Shown in pieces: positions 58,454-64,000 of a stretch of DNA of 64,000 bases. Numbering within the stretch: the stretch's first letter is position 1; every line of letters starts with the position of its first letter. The DNA lies in assembly GCA_963814395.1 (NCBI GenBank), contig CAWFCS010000001.1:128581-192580 (forward strand). The letters are read 5' to 3'. A program made the translations under genes and the position numbers. This stretch comes from an uncultured Acidobacteriota bacterium. Its GTDB lineage: Bacteria > Acidobacteriota > Vicinamibacteria > Vicinamibacterales > UBA2999. The notes below the pieces were generated by a model that saw nothing but the letters and a program-made list of their open reading frames with translations, did no database searches and was not told where the DNA came from.

Positions 58454-58921
58454 TCAGCCCTTCAGAAAGCTCTTCAGCATCCAGATGGTCTTCTGGTGCA
58501 GCGTGATCCGGCCAATCATCAGGTCCTGGCTTTCCGCGTCGCTGGCGGCGCCGGCCAGCTCGCGGGCGCGGGCGGCGTCGGCCACCACCTTCTCGTTGCC
58601 GGCGATGAGCGCGCGCACGTAGTCTTCCTGCGACAGGGGCGAAGTGAACTCCTTCATCTGCGCGGCCGCGGCCAGGGTGCCGAGTCCGCCGATGGCGTAG
58701 GCGTCGAGCGCCCGCACGCGCTCGGCGATCTCGTCCACCGCCGTGAAGAGCTCCTCGTACTGCGTCTGAAAGGCCGTGTGCAGCGCGAAGAAGCCCGGGC
58801 CCTCCACGTTCCAGTGGGCCAGATGCGTGAGCGAGAGCAGGGCGTAGGAATCGGCCAGCACCTGATTCAGGCTCTGGGTCAGTTGCGCGGTGCGCACGTC
58901 GCGAGCGGCGTCGTTGGCCAT
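58454..58921 (-). CDS. dps: Dps-family DNA-protection/ferritin-like protein
   Basis: ..LTHLAHWNVEGPGFFALHTAF..DEIAERV. Confidence 0.85.
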   Translation of the reverse strand: MANDAARDVRTAQLTQSLNQVLADSYALLSLTHLAHWNVEGPGFFALHTAFQTQYEELFTAVDEIAERVRALDAYAIGGLGTLAAAAQMKEFTSPLSQEDYVRALIAGNEKVVADAARARELAGAASDAESQDLMIGRITLHQKTIWMLKSFLKG

Positions 58922-58951
58922 ACCGTCATCATGCCACGGCGCCAGGCACTT

Positions 58952-59869
58952 TCAGGGCTCGATCCACCCACTGAGCGGCTTGAAGCGTCCGGCGTCGAGC
59001 TCGCAGACGAAACCGGCCGGTTGGGCGTGATGGTCGGACGCGGAGAACGACACGGGCGGCATGGTGCCGCCGGCGTCCCACTCGCGGATCGACTCGAGCG
59101 CGTCGACCAGACGCTCGCGGGTCAGGTCGCGGCCGGCGCGACGCAGCCCTTCGACGATCAGGCGGCCATAGACGTAGCCGTAGAGCGAGTAGCGGTTCCG
59201 CGGCCGATCCTCGTGGTAGCGCGCCAGCGCGGCGCGATCGCGCGAGTCGATGGGCAGCGCGCCGGCCACGGTGTAACCCGAGCTGCCCGCCAGTGACGTG
59301 AGCCGTTCGAGGAACAGCTGCCCGTAGGCGTTCACGTCGTGCACGATGCCGAGGCGCGTGAGTTTGCGATCGCGTGCCAGGTAGGGAAACATCACCGCCG
59401 CTTCGCCTTCGAAGCGCGGGAACGACGTAAAGAGATGCCGCTGGCCCGCCGACGACACGAGCGCGGTGTGCGGGAAGAGATACGGCACGCGGCGGCTGGC
59501 CGTGAGCGCCAGCAGCGTCATCGACTGCGGCCCGCCCCAGTTGACCAGGGCGAGCACGCCGTCGTCGTCGATGAGCCGCGTGGCGTTGGCCACGGCTTCG
59601 GCGGCCGCGTCGCCGCCACCACGCGCGTAGCCCTTCCACGCAATCGTGCGCCCGTGAATCGGGCCGGCGGCGTTGGCTTCCTGGAACGCGAGCCGGAAGC
59701 CGAGGTTCTCCTCGTCGGTCGAGAAGGAGTTGACCTGTTCCTCCAGCCCGAAAGTGATGGTGGTGCTGGTGACACCGCGCTCGACGGCCGGCTGTGCCTG
59801 AGCGAAGAGGAGCGCTGCCCCGGCAACGGTGGCGGTCACCGCCGCCAGGACCACGCGAATCCGCATCAT
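58952..59869 (-). CDS. periplasmic substrate-binding protein (Leu/Ile/Val-type ABC family)
   Basis: Signal peptide. ..ITFGLEE..LVNWGGPQS.. Shorter than usual for the family. Confidence 0.45.
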   Translation of the reverse strand: MMRIRVVLAAVTATVAGAALLFAQAQPAVERGVTSTTITFGLEEQVNSFSTDEENLGFRLAFQEANAAGPIHGRTIAWKGYARGGGDAAAEAVANATRLIDDDGVLALVNWGGPQSMTLLALTASRRVPYLFPHTALVSSAGQRHLFTSFPRFEGEAAVMFPYLARDRKLTRLGIVHDVNAYGQLFLERLTSLAGSSGYTVAGALPIDSRDRAALARYHEDRPRNRYSLYGYVYGRLIVEGLRRAGRDLTRERLVDALESIREWDAGGTMPPVSFSASDHHAQPAGFVCELDAGRFKPLSGWIEP

Positions 59870-59882
59870 CTGCGGAGAGAGC

Positions 59883-60191
59883 TTACCGCTTCTTCGCCCG
59901 TGCCGCGCTCACCGAGGCTGCGGCGATGGCCACGGCGCCGGCCACCGCGCCGGCGGCCACGAGGGCCCGCTTCACGCTCTTCTTCCTGGTCGGCGTGGGC
60001 GCCAGCTTCTGGCTCGCCTTCAAGGCCAGCTTCGAGGCTCCAACACGCGCCGTGGTGACCGCCTTCGACACGCTCTTCGCGGCTTTCGAGGCGCTCTTCA
60101 CGGCCTGCGTGACCGCCTTCTGTCCAGCCTTCTGGCCCGCCTTGGCACGGGTGGCAACCGACTTCGCGACGTCTTTCATCTTAGCCATCAA
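59883..60191 (-). CDS. Lys/Ala-rich low-complexity protein with C-terminal hydrophobic segment
   Basis: Repeated AK.. motifs. Histone-H1-like composition. Confidence 0.4.
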   Translation of the reverse strand: MMAKMKDVAKSVATRAKAGQKAGQKAVTQAVKSASKAAKSVSKAVTTARVGASKLALKASQKLAPTPTRKKSVKRALVAAGAVAGAVAIAAASVSAARAKKR

Positions 60192-60266
60192 TCATCCTTC
60201 TGGCATCGCACGCGTGATGCCTGCAATGAGTGTACGCCTCATTCGCGAGAGGATCGGCCGGCCCGA

Positions 60267-61347
60267 TCACACCCCGGCGCCGACCGCGGTCGCGCGCAGG
60301 CGCACGTCGCGCCGGAGCGCGGCGCGAATCGGACCCATGAGCGTGTAGGTCGAGGTGAGGTGCAGCAGTCGATCGTCCGGTTCGTCCTCCACCTGCCCCG
60401 TGAGCACCGCCCAGCGCTCGTTGAACCACGTTTCGTTCACGCCGCCGCGCGCGCGCTTCTTCTCGAGCAGCGCGATCTGGCGCTGGCGGTTGACGATCTC
60501 GGGATGATGATTGACGCCAAGGATGCGCGGCACGCCGTCACCCTCCGTGCCTGCTACTTCCACCATGGTGATGGCATCGGTGGGGGCGCCCGCGGCGTCG
60601 GTGTCGACGGCGAGCACATGCACGTCGGCAGCGGCGCGGCCGGTGGCCACGAGGTCGTAGAGCCGGTTGTCGAGCACGGGGAAACGCATGCCGTCCTTGA
60701 GGTCGCTGGCGAAGTGCCCGAACCACGGATGCGCTTGTCCTGCCGGCAGCAGGTCGTTGTAGCGCACGCCCACGCTCTTGCCGCCGCGCTCCGGGCCACG
60801 CAAGCACGGCTTCGGCCACGCCCAGCCAGCGGCACATCACGCCGAAGCTGTGGCACACGGCGATGAGCGAGGCGTGCGGATCGGCGCGGATGGCGTCGAA
60901 GAGCGCGAAGAGCGGCGCTTCCCACGCCGGATCCTCGATGATGCCCTGCGAGCCGTCGCGGCCGTCGTTCAGCCGCGGATCGAGGTGACCAGGGCCGCCC
61001 GTGCCCAGGTAGATCGCGTGCCGGCCGTGCGCGTGGTCGGGCAGCGCGTGGCCGCGGCGCACGTCATACGAGAGCACGCGCACGCTGAGGCCCGCCGGCA
61101 CCAGCTCGTCGCGCATGTCGCACACCGCGCTCTGCACCACGTCGACCAGGGCTTCGTGGCCCAGGTTCGGCCAGCCGTGGTGCATGTCGAGCAGCGCCAC
61201 GTCGATGATCTGCGGCTCGGCGGCGGGCGCGTCGCCGGCCCGTTCGACCCGCGCGAAGCGGAAACCGCCCACCTCCGCCCGCGTCGGGCAACCGGTGAGA
61301 CACTCCTGCGCGCCCAGGCGGGCGCGATGCGCGCAGTCGAAGGACAT
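60267..61347 (-). pseudogene. class-I glutamine amidotransferase-like protein, one frame change as sequenced
   Basis: ..SLIAVCHSFGVMC.. nucleophile region, then ..ILGVNHHPE in another frame (near 60800). Confidence 0.5.
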
Positions 61348-62616
61348 CAGCGGCGCGTCGTGGCCGGCGCGCGCGGCACGGGCACCAGGCGATAGACCGG
61401 CGTGGCCTTGCCGTCCACGCCGCGCACGTCGGCGTCGATCATCACGTAGACGGCGCCGTCGGGTCCCTGCTGCACGTCGCGCATGCGGCCCATGCCCTGA
61501 ATCAGGATCTCGTCGGCCACCACGCGGCGCCCCTTGAGCGTCATGCGCACCAGGCGCTGGCCGCTCATGCCGCCCACGAGCATGTCGCCCTTCCAGCCCG
61601 GGGAATGTGTCGCCGCCGTAGAAGATCAGGCCCGACACGCCAATCGACGGCACCCACACGTGGGCCGGCGGCGTGAAGCCGTCCTTGTGCGTGCCTTCGT
61701 GGATGGCGAGGCCGGTCGTGTAGTTCACGCCGTAGCCAATCACCGGCCAGCCGTAGTTCATGCCGGGCGTGATGACGTTCAACTCGTCGCCGCCTTGCGG
61801 GCCGTGTTCGTTCTGGAACAGATCGCCGGTGGTGGGATGGAACGCCATGCCCTGCGCGTTGCGGTGGCCGAGCGACCAGATCTCGGGCAGCGCGTGCGGC
61901 GTGCCCACGAACGGGTTGTCCTTGGGCACGCGGCCGTCGTCGTGCAGGCGCACGGTCTTGCCGTTGTGGGTCAGCAGATCCTGCGCAGGGTGGCGATGCA
62001 GATCGGCCACGGCGGGCCACTGGCGATCGCCGAGCGTGAGGAAGAGGTAGCCGGCCTTGTCGAAGGCGATGCGCCCGCCCCACATCGAGCTGCGGTTGGT
62101 GCCGTTGCCCGCGGCCTGCGCCACGAAGATGTCCTGCACGTTCGACAGGCGATCGTTCTCGAACCGTCCGCGCGCCAGGGCCAGGTTGCCGTAGCCGTTC
62201 GGTCCCGGCTTGACGTAGCTCAGATACAGCAGCCGGTTGGTGGCGAAGCCGGGATGCAACACCACGTCGCGCAGGCCCGCCTGCTCGCGGCCGTCTTGCG
62301 CGGTGGCGCCGTGGCCCAGATACAGGATGTCGGGCAGGCCCGCCACGGGCGCGTCGAGGAGCTTGCCCTGGCGCACGATACGCAGCCGGCCCGGGCGCTC
62401 GGTGATGAGCATGTCGCCCTCGGGCGTGAACGCCATCGAGTGCGGGTGGATGAGCTCGGCCACGAGTTCCAGCCGGAAGTCGTGCTGTGAGGTGCGGAAG
62501 ATGCGGCTGGCGGCGGGCGCCTGAGCGCGGGCCGCTGGAGCGGCCAGCGCCGATGCGATCACGCCCGCGAGCAGGAGGGAGGCGGAACGGCGGAGGGGCG
62601 GCAGGATGGCGGACAT
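61347..62616 (-). pseudogene. PQQ-dependent sugar dehydrogenase (sorbosone-dehydrogenase type), one frame change as sequenced
   Basis: ..IWSLGHRNAQGMAFHP..GPQGGDELN..NYGWP. C-terminal 78 aa in another frame (near 61585). Confidence 0.7.
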
Positions 62617-62699
62617 CACGTCGCCACGATACGGCGTTCTGCGCCTTGAATCAACGCCGCGTCGCGCTCGCTCCCCCTCGGGGGATAGTCGCCATGCCG

Positions 62700-64000
62700 T
62701 CATTCCGTGCGCAGCGCCTGCAGCACATCCACGCGTGAGGCGCGCCGTGCCGGCAGCAGCGCCGCCGCCACCGCGGCCACCGCGAGTACCTGCGGCTGCG
62801 CCCAACACGGGCCACAGGCCTGGCAGGCGCAGGCCGTCCACGTAGCTTGCCGCCACGGCGGCCAGCGCGTAGCCCAGCCCCACGCCGGCCACGATGCCGA
62901 CGGCGACGATGGCCGCGCCTTCGCGCAACACGCCCCTGAGCAGGTCGCGCGGCGTGGAGCCGATGGCCAGGCGCACCCCGAACTCGCGCGTGCGGGCGCT
63001 CACCGAGAAGGCCAGCACGCCGGCCACACCCACGATCGCGATGGCCAGGGCCACGAGCGCGAAGCCCGCGACGACGAACGCGTTGACGCGGTCGGGGGTG
63101 AGCAGGCCAGCACGCACGTCGGCGAGCGTCGCGGCGCGCTCCACCGGCTGCTCCGGCGCGATCTCGTGCAGCACGCGCGTGATGGCCGGCATCAGGGCAT
63201 AGGGATCGCCGCCCGCCGCCTGCACGAACAGGCGGCCGGCGTAGGGAATCTGCTTGAGCGGGTGATAGACCACCCAGGCGGGCAGCGGCAACACGCTCTC
63301 GTCGTTCAGGTCGGCCGCCACGCCCACGATCCGCCGCTTCGCAGAGCCAAAGACCGGGTCGGTCCACCAGATCTGACGGTTCAGGGCCTCGCCGTTCGGG
63401 AAGAGCCGCGTGGCAATGGTCTGGCTGACGATCACGACCAACTCGCCGCGGCCGCGGTCGTCGTCGGTGAAATCGCGGCCGGCCAGGATGGGCACGCCGA
63501 GCGTGGCGAAGAAGCCCGGCGTGACGTTGCGCAGCCGCGCCATCGGCGGGTCGTCGCCGTTGGCCGGGGTGTAGCCCTCGGCGGCGAACGAGAACGGACC
63601 GAACTTGCCCAGGTCGCGCCAGGGCACCACGTTGCCGGCCGCCACGCGAGTGACGCCCGGTAGCGCCGAGAGTGCGCCGTACGGCCTCGTCCACGAAGGC
63701 CACGGTCTTGGGGCCGGCCGACTGGATCGGGAGCGGCACGTCGATCGCCAGCACCTGCGCCACGTTGGCGACCGAGCTGGTGGTCTGCAGGGCCAGCAAC
63801 GCCGCCAGCAACATCCCCGCGCCCACGAGCAGCACGAACGAGAACGCCACCTGCGCGGTGGCGAAGAGCCTGAGCCGCCGGTTGGTGCCCGGCGTGATGC
63901 GCAGGCCGCCCGTGGCCAGGCTCGCGCCGGCCGACGTGTCGGACGCCGGCAGGCGCGGAATCCACGCCAGCAACACCGCGGCCGCCATGGCCAGCCCTGC
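62700..64000 (-). pseudogene. FtsX-type (MacB/ADOP-like) ABC permease, partial at window edge, two frame changes as sequenced
   Basis: ..LAFSVSARTREFGVRLAIGS.. FtsX motif. The end ..RASRVDVLQALRTE* is in a third frame. Confidence 0.7.

Noticed and set aside
60538-63645. A 1035-aa ORF as one giant protein
   Set aside because: It is a chimera of in-frame stretches from three adjacent minus-strand genes (FtsX permease, PQQ dehydrogenase, GATase-like) joined by out-of-frame segments.

Overview
High-GC bacterial chromosomal segment in two parts. (1) Positions 1 to about 30.4 kb hold a large integron-type gene-cassette array. It has 27 co-oriented attC-like imperfect palindromes (29-99 bp, five sequence families), each bounded by an RYYYAAC-like and a GTTRRRY-like heptamer. 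They separate about 27 cassettes carrying 1-2 short ORFs, mostly on the + strand. Fourteen cassettes carry toxin-antitoxin-like pairs: BrnT/antitoxin x4, DUF4160/DUF2442 x3, PIN/RHH, RelE/ParE-type x3, MazEF, HigBA-like and DUF6883/DUF4926-like. The others encode orphan or accessory proteins: a 253-aa unknown, a bPH-domain protein, a secreted beta-propeller-like protein, a CPBP protease, an Imm53-like domain, small membrane proteins, an OMP-like barrel, an alpha/beta hydrolase, a cupin, a lipocalin-like protein and an amidase. Six IS copies interrupt the array (IS3 x2, IS21 x2, IS110, IS5). No integron integrase ORF lies in the window; attC arm asymmetry predicts that intI/attI lie to the left of position 1. 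(2) From about 30.4 to 64 kb are ordinary chromosomal genes: hydrolases, lactate permease, amidohydrolase, a HEPN/MNT pair, ychF, a BON protein, an AI-2E transporter, three two-component pairs including a sigma-54 activator, Dps, a PQQ dehydrogenase and an FtsX-type permease. Caveat: many ORFs in both parts, including conserved genes such as ychF and lctP, need single-nucleotide frame corrections, often at short homopolymers. Indel sequencing error is therefore a serious alternative to real pseudogenisation. No rRNA, tRNA or CRISPR was recognised. All family calls come from reading the translated ORFs from memory; no database search was run.
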